From contig JBFWNU010000009.1 in NCBI GenBank assembly GCA_050250895.1, positions 198,488 through 262,487 of the forward strand: a stretch of 64,000 bases of DNA, written 5' to 3'. Position numbers and translations under genes: made by a program. Every line of letters starts with the position of its first letter. Position 1 is the first letter of the stretch. The stretch comes from Vulcanimicrobiota bacterium (lineage in GTDB: Bacteria; Vulcanimicrobiota; Xenobia; Xenobiales; JADMJV01). Shown in pieces: positions 11,679 through 21,597 of the stretch. Below the pieces are notes generated by a model that was not told the DNA's origin, ran no database searches, and worked only from the letters and a program-made list of their open reading frames with translations.

Positions 11679-12989
11679 CTACTTCTTGGTCAACAGGGCC
11701 AGCAACTCGAGATGGCGAGTGTTGGGAAAGAAGTCGTAAGCGCGGCACTTCTCGACCCGGTAGCGCTGGCCCAGAGTGGCCAACTCGTCGACCAGGCGGG
11801 CCGGGTTGCACGAGATGTAAAGCAGCCGCTCGGGACCCTCCTGGGCCACCCGCTCGACCAACCTGGGATGGCAGCCCGAGCGGGGCGGGTCCAACACCAA
11901 CAGATCGCAGCCACCCAGGGGCCAGCGGCCGGCGTCGGCGCAGTGAAACTCGGCCTGGCGACCGTTGCGCAAAGCGCTGGCTCGGGCATCGTCGACGGCT
12001 GCCTCGACCGACTCGACACCGGTCAGGCGACCGGCCCCGCGGGTGAGAAAGAGCCCGATCGTGCCAATGCCGCAGAACAGGTCTAGCACACGCGTGTCCG
12101 GCTCGAGCTCAAGCCAGTCGCGGGCCTCGCCCAGCATCGCCTCGTAGGCCGGCGGGTTGGTCTGAAAGAACGACCGCCACGAGAGCTGGAACGAAAGATC
12201 CTCGAGTCGCTCTTCGATATATGGCTGTCCAGCCAGCAGGCGTTCGGAGTCGGGCACTACCGCCCCGGCCACCGAGGTCTGGCGAAGCAGCACCACGCCG
12301 GTGGCGCCCAGGCTCATCAGTTCGCCGGCCAGTTCTTCGAACGACGACTCGTCGGGCTGGGGAGTCACCACGAGGCAGGCCAACCATTGGCCCGTGGCCG
12401 ACGAGCGACGCAAGATCAGATAGCGCAGGTGGCCGGCGTGGCCGCGGGGGTCCCAGCCCCGCAAGCCATGGCGAGCGGCCCAGCTGCGCACCAGCGCCAG
12501 CACCTCGGCGTTCTCGGGCGGTCCGATGTAGCAGCGGGCCACCTCGACCAGCCAGTCGAACTTGCCACGGCGATTGAAGCCAACTTCGAGCCCGCGGCGA
12601 CTCTGCAGCAGGCTGAACTCGACCTTGCTGCGATAAAACCAGGGCGTGGGCGCGGCCACCGGGGGCAAACAGGGCACGTCGGGCAGCATCGAATAGACCT
12701 GAGCCGCTTTGTCGGCCAGTTGACGGGGATAGTCCAAATGCTGATGGGTGCAACCGCCACAGATGCCAAAGTGCGGGCAGCGAGGCTCGACCCGATCGGG
12801 GCTGGGCTCGAGCACCTCGCTAATCCAGGCCTGGCGGCCGCCTTTGCGCTTGCGACCAATCCAACAACGAGCCTGTTCGCCGGGCACTCCCCCGGCCGCC
12901 AGCACCGCGCCGTTCTGGCCCCGAGCCCGGGTTTCTCCGCGGGGGGACCAGTCGTCGAAAGTCACCAGTTGCGAGCGAAGTTTGCTCAC
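11679..12989 (-). CDS. RlmD/TrmA-family RNA (uracil-5)-methyltransferase
   Basis: CPHFGICGGC, SFFQTN, DLFCGIG, LDPPRSG, YISCNP, DFFPNTRHLE; GTG start overlaps the upstream stop. Confidence 0.92.
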   Translation of the reverse strand: MSKLRSQLVTFDDWSPRGETRARGQNGAVLAAGGVPGEQARCWIGRKRKGGRQAWISEVLEPSPDRVEPRCPHFGICGGCTHQHLDYPRQLADKAAQVYSMLPDVPCLPPVAAPTPWFYRSKVEFSLLQSRRGLEVGFNRRGKFDWLVEVARCYIGPPENAEVLALVRSWAARHGLRGWDPRGHAGHLRYLILRRSSATGQWLACLVVTPQPDESSFEELAGELMSLGATGVVLLRQTSVAGAVVPDSERLLAGQPYIEERLEDLSFQLSWRSFFQTNPPAYEAMLGEARDWLELEPDTRVLDLFCGIGTIGLFLTRGAGRLTGVESVEAAVDDARASALRNGRQAEFHCADAGRWPLGGCDLLVLDPPRSGCHPRLVERVAQEGPERLLYISCNPARLVDELATLGQRYRVEKCRAYDFFPNTRHLELLALLTKK

Positions 12990-15037
12990 TCGCTGGCCGA
13001 CTCGGTCACGCTCACCACCGCATAACGCCGGGCCGAGGCAAAATCGCCTTTGTAGGCCGCCGCTGCTAGCAGGGTCGGCTTGATGGTGACCGCCTTCTCT
13101 TCGGCGTCGAGCGCCTCGAAGAGGCCGCTGAGCAAATCGCCGTTCGGCTGATAGAGCAAGTGCTGGCGCAGCCCTCCCGGCCACACCTGCCAGTGCTCGC
13201 CATCAAAGCGCAACACCGTCAGTTGATGAGTATAGTCGGGCAGTTCAGAGAGGTGGCCCAGGGTGGCGAAAGTGGGCTCGACGGCATGGCGACGAATCCA
13301 GGTGGCGCAATAGAGGTCACCGTCCCAGACCGTCACGTCCTGGCCCGACCCCGCCAGGCCGAGCGAAACGGTGGTGCGCGGCACCATCGTGCGGTCCTCG
13401 AGACCGCCTTCCAGACCGGGGATCTTGCCGATCACCTCGGGTGCTTCATAAGCCAGGCCTTTGGCCGGGTCGATCACCTGCCCGCCCTCGAGGGCGGTCA
13501 GAGCCAGGCGGGGTCGATGCTCGAAATCCCAATAGCCGGCCTGGCTCCAGTAGAAAATCTTGTCGCGATAAGCGACCAGCGAGTGGACCGGCGTTTCTTG
13601 ACTCGACACGCGGTTGAAGCCCTGGGGCACGGCCTTCACGATGCCTCGCTCGTCACCCTCATGAAAGGTATATAGTTCGCCGCTTTCGGTTGCCACCAGC
13701 ACCGACTTGTCACCCTCGGGACCCAACAGGACCTGGGGGGTGACGCTGGGATCGGCCTCGTTGACCCGCAGCATATCGGTCACTACCGACCATTTCTCGT
13801 CGCTGATGTCATAGCAGAGTACGGCCGGAGATTGATAGACGATCGACTCGTAGAGGGGCGTGCCAAACTCCTTCTGCTCGCCGCGCATGTCGACGTGTCC
13901 GTAGAAATAGTGGGTGGCGTGGCTATAGACCTTATCGCCCCGGGCGGCCAGGCCTTTGCCGTCGAGAGAATACCAGTTGAGGTAGATTTTGGGCTCGGTG
14001 ATCTCTTCCCAGGTGATGGTCAGCTCTTCGGGAGACTTGGCGATATCCCAGGCGCTACTCCAGGGCTTGGTGGTCAGGTCGGCCGTGAAATCGTCGTAGC
14101 TGCTCTTCCAGCGCACCGTCTTGAATTCGATGCTTTCGATGACCTTGCGACCGTCCTGAGTCTTGCCGCGCAACTGCAGGTCGAGCTTGTGCCAGGGCTC
14201 TTCGGGAGGCGCCTCCTCGGCGTCCTCAGGAAAGAGCGTGATGCGCGGCAGAGTGCGGGTGCCGTCGCTGTCCTCGACCAGACCGTTCCAGCTGCCCAGC
14301 TGGGGCCCGGGCTCGGGAATGTCGACCCACTGGGTGACGCCGCCATCGAGATTGAGATAAACCAGGTGCTCACCCGGCGGGCAGATCTCGAGGCGGACCT
14401 GAGGCCCGTCGATCGCCTCGCCGCTCTCGTCAAAAAATGGGAGGGTCGACAAAATCGCCGGCGGGCGCTCGGCCGTGTCGGGAGGCCCGAAGGAAAAGAG
14501 CGGACCGCCCGAGGCCGACAGGGGAGCATCCTTGCGAGGAACGGCTCCCAACGAATGCCAGCGAAAATCGGGAGTCAGCATGATCAACTCATCGTTCTTT
14601 GAATAGCTGAAGAAGTGCGGCTGCAGCCCATCATCGCGGGCGCGGGCCATACGGACCTCTTCCACCACGACTTTGCGCACCCGGGTCACCGGCCCGGCCC
14701 GGCCGGTGCCCACCAGCTCGTAGAGATAAGGGCTGCCGTCGGGATCGGCATAGGGGTGCACTTCGAGTTCCCAGCTGCCGGTGCCGATCTCTTCGCTGGC
14801 TCCGGTGAGCTTGGCCTCCCAATCGGGCTCGCTGCGCATTACGGCCAGACCGTAGTTGGTAGCCGCCCGGGCGGCCATCTGGGCCTGCAGCCGATGGTCC
14901 ACCGACAAAGCCAGAGTGATGTCCATACGGTTCTGGGCTACCAGCGCCACCGACAGAAAAAAGAGAAAGACCGACATGAAGATGGCCATTACCAGGATGT
15001 TGCCTCGCTCTTTTCTCACCTGACGAGTGTAACTCAA
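12986..15037 (-). CDS. Hypothetical 683-aa protein with PilX/Tad-like N-terminal anchor
   Basis: RKERGNILVMAIFMSVFLFFLSVALV...QAQMAARAA, resembling PilX N-terminal pattern. Confidence 0.65.
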   Translation of the reverse strand: MSYTRQVRKERGNILVMAIFMSVFLFFLSVALVAQNRMDITLALSVDHRLQAQMAARAATNYGLAVMRSEPDWEAKLTGASEEIGTGSWELEVHPYADPDGSPYLYELVGTGRAGPVTRVRKVVVEEVRMARARDDGLQPHFFSYSKNDELIMLTPDFRWHSLGAVPRKDAPLSASGGPLFSFGPPDTAERPPAILSTLPFFDESGEAIDGPQVRLEICPPGEHLVYLNLDGGVTQWVDIPEPGPQLGSWNGLVEDSDGTRTLPRITLFPEDAEEAPPEEPWHKLDLQLRGKTQDGRKVIESIEFKTVRWKSSYDDFTADLTTKPWSSAWDIAKSPEELTITWEEITEPKIYLNWYSLDGKGLAARGDKVYSHATHYFYGHVDMRGEQKEFGTPLYESIVYQSPAVLCYDISDEKWSVVTDMLRVNEADPSVTPQVLLGPEGDKSVLVATESGELYTFHEGDERGIVKAVPQGFNRVSSQETPVHSLVAYRDKIFYWSQAGYWDFEHRPRLALTALEGGQVIDPAKGLAYEAPEVIGKIPGLEGGLEDRTMVPRTTVSLGLAGSGQDVTVWDGDLYCATWIRRHAVEPTFATLGHLSELPDYTHQLTVLRFDGEHWQVWPGGLRQHLLYQPNGDLLSGLFEALDAEEKAVTIKPTLLAAAAYKGDFASARRYAVVSVTESASE

Positions 15038-15070
15038 GGGATCGCATCACGCAACGCGAACGGGCCCTGC

Positions 15071-16345
15071 ATGCGCCGTGCTGGCGGGATCGTTCTGACC
15101 CGCGAAAAACAGGTCTTTCTGGCCCGCCGGGGAGGGCGAGCCCCTTTTCTGCCGGGCTTTCACGTCTTTCCGGGGGGAGCCATCGAGCCCCAAGACCAGG
15201 GTTCGACCCTGGCCTGCGCCGTGCGAGAACTCTACGAAGAGACGGGCATCCGCCTACCTCCAGGAGAACTTCAACCAGCCGGATTGATGGTAACCCCCGA
15301 CTACTCGCTGTTGCGATTCGAGGCCCAGTTCTATCTGGCCGAATGCCCTACCGGCCAGACTCCCCAAATGCTCACCGAAGAGCTGGTGGAAGGCGATTGG
15401 TACGAGCCGGCAGCGGCCTTGCAGGCCTGGGAAGAAGGCCACCTGCTGCTGGCTCCTCCCACCCTGGCCAGCCTGCGCGCCTTCGCCGCTCACGGATTCG
15501 AAGAGGGGGCCCGCCAACTGCAAGCGCTGGGCCCCAGCAACGGCCTTCCCGGGCTGGCCATTCCTATGGCCCCGGGGTTGGCCTACTTGCCACTGGTTTC
15601 CCCCACCTTGCCGCCGGCTCGCCACACCCTCACCTATGTGGTGGGGGGCGATCGCCTGCTGGTGGTCGACCCCGGCAGCCCCGAGGTCGAGCCCATCGTC
15701 GCCCATCTCAAGAGCCTCGAACCCGCCCGGCCCCTCGAAGTGGTGCTCACCCACCATCACCCCGACCACATCCAGGGCGCAACGCGCCTGGGCTTACCCG
15801 TCGCCGCCCACCCCGAGACGGCCAGGCGGCTTCCCTTCGCAGTGGATCGCCTCATCGAAGAGGGCGAGCGCTGGCAGTTGGGCCGTGGTTGGAACCTCGA
15901 AGCGTTGCACACGCCCGGCCACGCCCCCGGGCACATGGCCCTGTGGCAGCCCGAGCGTCGCTTTCTGCTGGCCGGAGACCTGGTCAGCAGCATCAGCACT
16001 ATCGTCATCGAGCCCGGCGAAGGAGACATGGCCGCCTATTTCGACAGCCTTGAGCGAGTGCGGGCGCTCGAGCCCAGACTGGTGCTACCCGCCCACGGGC
16101 CCCCGTTGGGGCCGGGCTCGGACCCCTTCGGCCACCTGCTGGCCCACCGGCGCAAGCGCGAAGCCAAAGTACTGGCCAGTCTAACTCAGACGCCCCAAAG
16201 CCTCGAGCAAATCTTGAGCGTGGTGTATGACGACAAACCGGGAGTCGAAACGATCGCCCGGCTGGCCCTCGAGAGCCATCTTGAAAAGCTGCTCCGCGAG
16301 GGGCTGGTCGTCGCCATCGACGGCGGCTGGACTATTTCCAGCTGA
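15071..16345 (+). CDS. NUDIX hydrolase fused to metallo-beta-lactamase-fold hydrolase
   Basis: VFPGG..AVRELYEETG; THHHPDH, HTPGHAPGH, AGD, PAHG. Confidence 0.88.
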   Translation: MRRAGGIVLTREKQVFLARRGGRAPFLPGFHVFPGGAIEPQDQGSTLACAVRELYEETGIRLPPGELQPAGLMVTPDYSLLRFEAQFYLAECPTGQTPQMLTEELVEGDWYEPAAALQAWEEGHLLLAPPTLASLRAFAAHGFEEGARQLQALGPSNGLPGLAIPMAPGLAYLPLVSPTLPPARHTLTYVVGGDRLLVVDPGSPEVEPIVAHLKSLEPARPLEVVLTHHHPDHIQGATRLGLPVAAHPETARRLPFAVDRLIEEGERWQLGRGWNLEALHTPGHAPGHMALWQPERRFLLAGDLVSSISTIVIEPGEGDMAAYFDSLERVRALEPRLVLPAHGPPLGPGSDPFGHLLAHRRKREAKVLASLTQTPQSLEQILSVVYDDKPGVETIARLALESHLEKLLREGLVVAIDGGWTISS

Positions 16346-17231
16346 CCCGCTTGTCGAGTTCGTCAAAGACCGGCTCGGTGCCCTCGACGGTGATGGGGAA
16401 GCCCAACCCCAACTCGAGGATCGCGTCGAAATTCTTTCGACCGATCTGACCTTCGAGACCGGCCTTTTGCAGCAGAGCATGGGCAGCCTGGACCGGGTTG
16501 GACTTGCGATAGACGTCGTTGAAAGTGATCACATAGATGCGACCGTCGCGGCCCCGCCCCAGTTTGGCCGTCTCGTATTCGATGCGAACCGGCCAGCCCA
16601 CCTGGACCTTCTCGTACAGCTCGCGCACGTTCTCGGGATACATCCGCATGCAGCCGTGGGTCACGCTGTTGCCGATATTGTAGGGGTCGTTGGTGCCGTG
16701 AAAGCCGGTGCGCTCGAGCGAGAGTCCGATCCAGCGGTCGCCCAGAGGGTTGTCGGGTCCCGGACCGACCGGTCCTTTGATCTCGGACCAGGAGGGCGGA
16801 TACCAGATGGGATTCTTCACCTTTTCGATCACGGCATAGCTGCCCCAGCGCGTCCAGAAGCGACCCTTCTGCTCGATCTCGTCCCCGATACTGATGGGAT
16901 AGAACCCGTCGTACTGGCCGTTGCGAAAAAGATAAACCCCGCGTTCAGGCAGGTTGACCACCAGCCCGTTGTGGGGCGGATTCGAGGGCAGCACCCTGGC
17001 AAAGGGCACGATCACCTTGGTGCCGGGCTTGGCCTTCATGGTGGTAATGGGAAAACCGTTGGCGTAGGCCAGGTGATCTACAGCCAGTCGGTTAGAAAAG
17101 GCGATGTCGAAAAGATCCTCGCCCTCTTTCACCACATGACCAATGACCTCGTCGGCCACCGGGCGAATGGTCTGGGCCCAGCCAGAAACGGTGAGCAGCA
17201 ATACTAGGCAAATCGCGGACAAGAGACGCAT
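16332..17231 (-). CDS. L,D-transpeptidase family protein with LysM-like N-terminus
   Basis: VVNLPE, NPIW.PP, PGPDNPLG, GFHGTN...THGCMRM. Confidence 0.9.
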   Translation of the reverse strand: MRLLSAICLVLLLTVSGWAQTIRPVADEVIGHVVKEGEDLFDIAFSNRLAVDHLAYANGFPITTMKAKPGTKVIVPFARVLPSNPPHNGLVVNLPERGVYLFRNGQYDGFYPISIGDEIEQKGRFWTRWGSYAVIEKVKNPIWYPPSWSEIKGPVGPGPDNPLGDRWIGLSLERTGFHGTNDPYNIGNSVTHGCMRMYPENVRELYEKVQVGWPVRIEYETAKLGRGRDGRIYVITFNDVYRKSNPVQAAHALLQKAGLEGQIGRKNFDAILELGLGFPITVEGTEPVFDELDKRVSWK

Positions 17232-17291
17232 TCGGTCTCATTCCCAGCCAGGAAAGAGGACTCCTTCCCCGGTCTGAAGTACAAAAGCGGC

Positions 17292-18362
17292 ATGAGACGG
17301 GGCATATCGTTACTGCTACTGCTTCTGTGCACCTGGCCCGGTTGGGCAGATGTCAACGGAACCACCGACCGTATCGTGCTCGAGTGCGAAGTCATCGGAC
17401 CGCGCCAGGTCAAGGCCAGTTGGAGGGTGCGCACGACCCAGCCCACCCAGGTGCGCATCCTGCGCACTCCCGCTCCCATCGACTGTAAGAACCTCTGGCA
17501 ATGGCGCTATCCCGTGCTCGAACTACCGCCGCCCCCCGGCACCGAGGGCGTCTATGTCGACGGCACCCTGGCCGAAGGCACCACCTATTACTACTGGGTT
17601 CAAGCCGAACTCGACGGAGTGATGCATTACAGCAAGCGGGCTAAGGTGACTCTGCCCAATCATCGCCTACCCCGCCTGTCTCGCCCCAGCTTTCTCATCG
17701 ACAAGCTCAACTACTACCTCGAGGTGCGCGACGGCTCGGCCGCGGTCAAGCGCTATCCCGTCTCGTTCGGACGCGACCCCCTGACTCGCAAACTGCACCA
17801 GGACAACAGCACCACCCCCGAAGGCACCTATCAGATCTGCGGCCTGCAGGACCCGGCCACCTATTATCGGGCCTTCGACCTCGATTATCCCAACGCGTTC
17901 GACAAAATCCGCTATCGCTTCGCCAAAAAGGCCGGCCTCTTGCCTCGCCGCGACCCCGAGATCGGGGGCGCCATCCAGATTCACGGCGACATCAAAGATC
18001 GAGTCGAGGTCTTCTCGAACTGGACCGAAGGCTGCATCGCGATGCGCAACGATGACCTCGACGAACTGTTCGCCGACCCCTCGATCTGTGAAGGCGTCTA
18101 CGTGTTCATCGTGGGCGAAAACTTGACCCGCGAGGATCTGGCCAGCATCCTCAAGCCGTGGAGCCGCGAAGACATGCTCTTCGTCGAGCGCAAGCTGCAG
18201 TGGTTGGGCTTTCCTCCTGGCGAAGTCGACGGCGAGCTAGATGAGGCCACGATGGAGGCCCTGGGCTGGTTTCAGCTACGCAACAGGCTGCCGCTGACCT
18301 GCGAACTCGATACCCGCACGGTGAAGCTACTCTGGACCGACCCGCCTACTGGGGGGCGCTAG
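17292..18362 (+). CDS. L,D-transpeptidase family protein with FN3-like and PG-binding domains
   Basis: TPEG, LDYPN, IQIHG...NWTEGCIAM; LQWLGF.PGEVDG...T..AL..FQ. Confidence 0.85.
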   Translation: MRRGISLLLLLLCTWPGWADVNGTTDRIVLECEVIGPRQVKASWRVRTTQPTQVRILRTPAPIDCKNLWQWRYPVLELPPPPGTEGVYVDGTLAEGTTYYYWVQAELDGVMHYSKRAKVTLPNHRLPRLSRPSFLIDKLNYYLEVRDGSAAVKRYPVSFGRDPLTRKLHQDNSTTPEGTYQICGLQDPATYYRAFDLDYPNAFDKIRYRFAKKAGLLPRRDPEIGGAIQIHGDIKDRVEVFSNWTEGCIAMRNDDLDELFADPSICEGVYVFIVGENLTREDLASILKPWSREDMLFVERKLQWLGFPPGEVDGELDEATMEALGWFQLRNRLPLTCELDTRTVKLLWTDPPTGGR

Positions 18363-18379
18363 CTGAGGGGCGTTTGTTG

Positions 18380-19316
18380 AAACCGCAGAGGCACCGAGGC
18401 GCTGAGGGGCGCGTCTAATTCGGAACGGGGCGATAGAATGAACCGCGGGGTTCCGCGGGGGACGCGGGGAGGTGAGTGAGGCGTCAGGGGTGGCGCCCTC
18501 GTTGAAGGGTTGCGCTTCTGGTTCGTGGCTTGGTTAATGAGACTATTTGGAGGTGCTTGGCGGTGAGGGTCCTTCGATTTTTTCCCAGCGAGGAATTCCC
18601 TTACGGCTCGCCCACCCTCTGGGCCTTCGCGTCTCTGGCGGTTTCACGTCACGTCGACCACGGCGACGTGTAAACCGCAGAGGCACCGAGGCGCTGAGAG
18701 GGCGTCTTGAACCGGAACGGGGGCGATAGAATGAACCGCGGGGTTCCGCGGAGGACGCGGGGAGGTGAGTGAGGCGTCAGGGGTAGGTGGCGCTTTGTGG
18801 AAGGGTTGCGCTTCTGGTTTGTGGCTTTGTTAATAAAATTATTTGGAGGTGCTTGGTCCTGGTCGGTGAGCGTCCTTCGATTTTCGATTTTGAGCCAGCG
18901 AGCGTACACTCCGGCGGGAATGGTTCCCCTTACCCCCACGGCTCGCCGACCCCTTTGCGCCTTCGCGTATCTCGACGGTTTTCACGTCGACCGTCGACTG
19001 CGGCGAGGCCGTGTGTGTGTATGCGTCTTCGATGCTCCGAAGTGGCCCAGACCCAGGACGTTCCCGTCGTCGTTGAGCCGTGAGCCCTCGAGCCGCTCGG
19101 CCTCACCAAGCCGCGGGCCGAACGTTCGCTAGCTATCGCCCGGCGGGTGTGCGCCGCACAAGCGGATTTGGCCACGCCCGATCGAAAGCTCAAGCTCCTC
19201 GGCCAAACGCCCACTCCTCCGCGGCCCTCCGCGGAACTCCGCGGTTTCCTCAATTCGGGCGCCCACCCTTCGAGGTACACAGCCCCCTCGGCGCCTTCGC
19301 GAACTCGGCGGTTTTC
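18380..19316. repeat. Cluster of MITE/REP-like elements with AAACCGC(A/G)GAG-type inverted termini; ~290-bp duplicated unit
   Basis: Forward motifs at 18380, 18441, 18672, 18734; inverted motifs ending about 18645, 18982, 19247, 19316; lies between convergent genes. Confidence 0.8.
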
Positions 19317-19330
19317 ACAACGCGCACCCC

Positions 19331-20425
19331 TCAGGGAGCGCAGGTCTGGTCGACGAGAGTCCGTTCGGCGGCGGTGAGTTGGGTGGGGGTTTTGGCGAAG
19401 AGCAAACTGGCCGCGCTCTCTTCGTCTAGCGGAGGCTCGGCCCAGAGCTTCCTTTCGCCCTTCCCGATTTTACAGTGCAGCAGAGTCTGGCCGGCTTGAT
19501 GGTGACCCACCATTGGTCCTGGCCCGGCCTCGAAGGTGAACTGGACCCGGCCCAACTGGAACCGGCCTTCGGAGTGGGAGATCTGGCCGCCCTCTTCCTC
19601 CACCACGCCGTAAATATGGGACAAGGCTTCTTCGCTTACGTAGTCGGCCGGAGAGAGGTTGCGGAAGGTCCAGCGACAGAAATCGTTGCGCGCGTCCAAG
19701 CTTAGAGTACCGTCGATGTCCGAGCCACGGACGGCCATTTGACCGGGAGCGTGGGAGTAGGTGAAGGTGGCGGCGACGGGTTTCAGCAAGCCCTCGAGGG
19801 CGGATGGTTCGACCTTGAAGGTGACGATGGCGGTCGATTCCGCTTCGGGAAACAGGGGTGCTTCGGTTGAGTCTTGCCAGTTGAAGTCGATACCGCTTCC
19901 TGCCAACTGAACCTCGTCGACAGTTGCTTGACCGTCGTGCGTTTCCAGGCCCAGAACCTTGAGATGGTCCAGATGGAACTCCACTCCTTCGAACGAGACA
20001 TCGGAGATCGTCAGTTCGTCGACCCGCACATCTCTTGTCTGCTTCTCGACCGAAGGAGAGTCGGACCGAGTGGGCGACTTTGGTCGCTCGGTCTCGTCCG
20101 GGTGGATCTGGAACGAGGCTCGTCCCACCTTGATCTGGTTGAGCACCAGGGTGTCCGAGCCGAACAATCCCCAGAAGCTCGGATATCGGAGGGCCATGTC
20201 TCCGAGTTCGATCCGCTGGTCGTCGGGCAGATAGAGCGTCACGCTGTCCACCTGGGGACCTGAGGCAATAGAGCCATGGCAGGCTCCCACATCGATCATG
20301 GAACTCTGGGACATCAGCCCTGCCAACAGGGTAAAGGGGACCGGTGTGTGCATGACCAGAACGTATAGACCCACCACGACCAGCACCAAGAAACCGAGAC
20401 ATCCGAGCAAGATGCGTTTTGCCAT
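19331..20425 (-). CDS. Hypothetical membrane-anchored protein (beta-rich, AsmA/TamB-like?)
   Basis: N-terminal TM MAKRILLGCLGFLVLVVVGLYV; no clear catalytic motif. Confidence 0.55.
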   Translation of the reverse strand: MAKRILLGCLGFLVLVVVGLYVLVMHTPVPFTLLAGLMSQSSMIDVGACHGSIASGPQVDSVTLYLPDDQRIELGDMALRYPSFWGLFGSDTLVLNQIKVGRASFQIHPDETERPKSPTRSDSPSVEKQTRDVRVDELTISDVSFEGVEFHLDHLKVLGLETHDGQATVDEVQLAGSGIDFNWQDSTEAPLFPEAESTAIVTFKVEPSALEGLLKPVAATFTYSHAPGQMAVRGSDIDGTLSLDARNDFCRWTFRNLSPADYVSEEALSHIYGVVEEEGGQISHSEGRFQLGRVQFTFEAGPGPMVGHHQAGQTLLHCKIGKGERKLWAEPPLDEESAASLLFAKTPTQLTAAERTLVDQTCAP

Positions 20426-20523
20426 TGCTGCTCTATTCGCCAAGTTCGTGGCCCCGCCCTCGCCCCGGAGGAGTCCCGAGCTGGCTGGAGTAGTTGACCC
20501 CATCCCTTAAGGACGCAAACACT

Positions 20524-21597
20524 TTGGCTGATACCGTCGCCATCCTGGCGGGAGGCACCGGAACTCGCTTCTGGCCGGCTTCAAAGCAAGACAAACCCAA
20601 GCAGTTCCTGGCCCTGACCGGCCCCGAGACGATGCTTCAGCTGACTTACCAACGGGCCTGCGAACTGGTGGCCCCGGAGAGAATCCTGGTTTTGACCAAC
20701 CAGGACTATGTGCCCCTGGTGCGCGAGCAGCTTCCTCAGTTGCCCTCCAGCAACGTGGTGGGTGAGCCTTCGCGGCGGGATACGGCGGCGGCAGTCTGTC
20801 TGGCCAGTCTCATCGCCGAGCGTTGGGAGCCCGGGGGCGTGTTGGCCATCCTCACGGCCGACCACTGGATTCACCCCACCACCGCTTTTGTCCAGGCCAT
20901 CCGCTCGGCCAGCTGGGGGGCCCGCAAGTGGGAGTGCCTTTACACCTTCGGAGTGCGACCCGCCTATCCGGCCACCGGCTACGGCTATCTCGAGCTGGGT
21001 GAAGCGCTGGCTTCCGACAGCGACGAGCTCAAACATCACCGCCTGGCCGGTTTTAAAGAGAAGCCAAACCTGGCCACCGCGTCGAGCTACGTCGAATCTG
21101 GCCAATACTGCTGGAATAGCGGTATGTTCGTGTGGCGCACCAGCGATATCCTGGCTGAGTTTCGCAAGCATCTGCCGGCCCACCTCGAGCACCTCGAACC
21201 GATCATGCCGTTTTTGGCCACCTCAAAATTTGGTGCGGCTCTGTCGACAGCCTTCGACCCCTTGGAGCGGATCTCGGTGGATTATGCCATCCTGGAACGG
21301 GCCCGCCAGGTCCACACGGTGCTGGTCAACTTCGATTGGAGCGACCTGGGGGGCTGGTCGTCGCTGCGTCCGGTGCTGGCCTGCGACGCCTCTGGCAACG
21401 CCTATCGCGGCCGGATCTGTGCACTTCGAGCCGGCCAGAACATCGTCTTTTCGGAAGACGAAGACGAGCTGGTCGCCCTGATTGGCGTCTCCAATCTGGC
21501 CGTCGTGCGTAGTGAGAAAACCACTCTGGTGGCCTCGCTGGCCAACGTCGAAGAGGTCAAGCAACTGGTCGAGCGCCTGGAGTCACGCGATCGGTGA
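20524..21597 (+). CDS. manC: Mannose-1-phosphate guanylyltransferase
   Basis: ILAGGTGTRFWPAS..KPKQFL, EP.RRDTA, ADH, TGYGY, FKEKP, WNSGMF, WSDLG; TTG start approximate. Confidence 0.93.
   Translation: MADTVAILAGGTGTRFWPASKQDKPKQFLALTGPETMLQLTYQRACELVAPERILVLTNQDYVPLVREQLPQLPSSNVVGEPSRRDTAAAVCLASLIAERWEPGGVLAILTADHWIHPTTAFVQAIRSASWGARKWECLYTFGVRPAYPATGYGYLELGEALASDSDELKHHRLAGFKEKPNLATASSYVESGQYCWNSGMFVWRTSDILAEFRKHLPAHLEHLEPIMPFLATSKFGAALSTAFDPLERISVDYAILERARQVHTVLVNFDWSDLGGWSSLRPVLACDASGNAYRGRICALRAGQNIVFSEDEDELVALIGVSNLAVVRSEKTTLVASLANVEEVKQLVERLESRDR

Noticed and set aside
15071-16345. NUDIX-MBL fusion as a novelty
   Set aside because: This domain fusion is already common in bacteria.
18547-19499. 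Short ORFs in the repeat cluster
   Set aside because: They translate repeat sequence, with no SD, motifs or codon bias.
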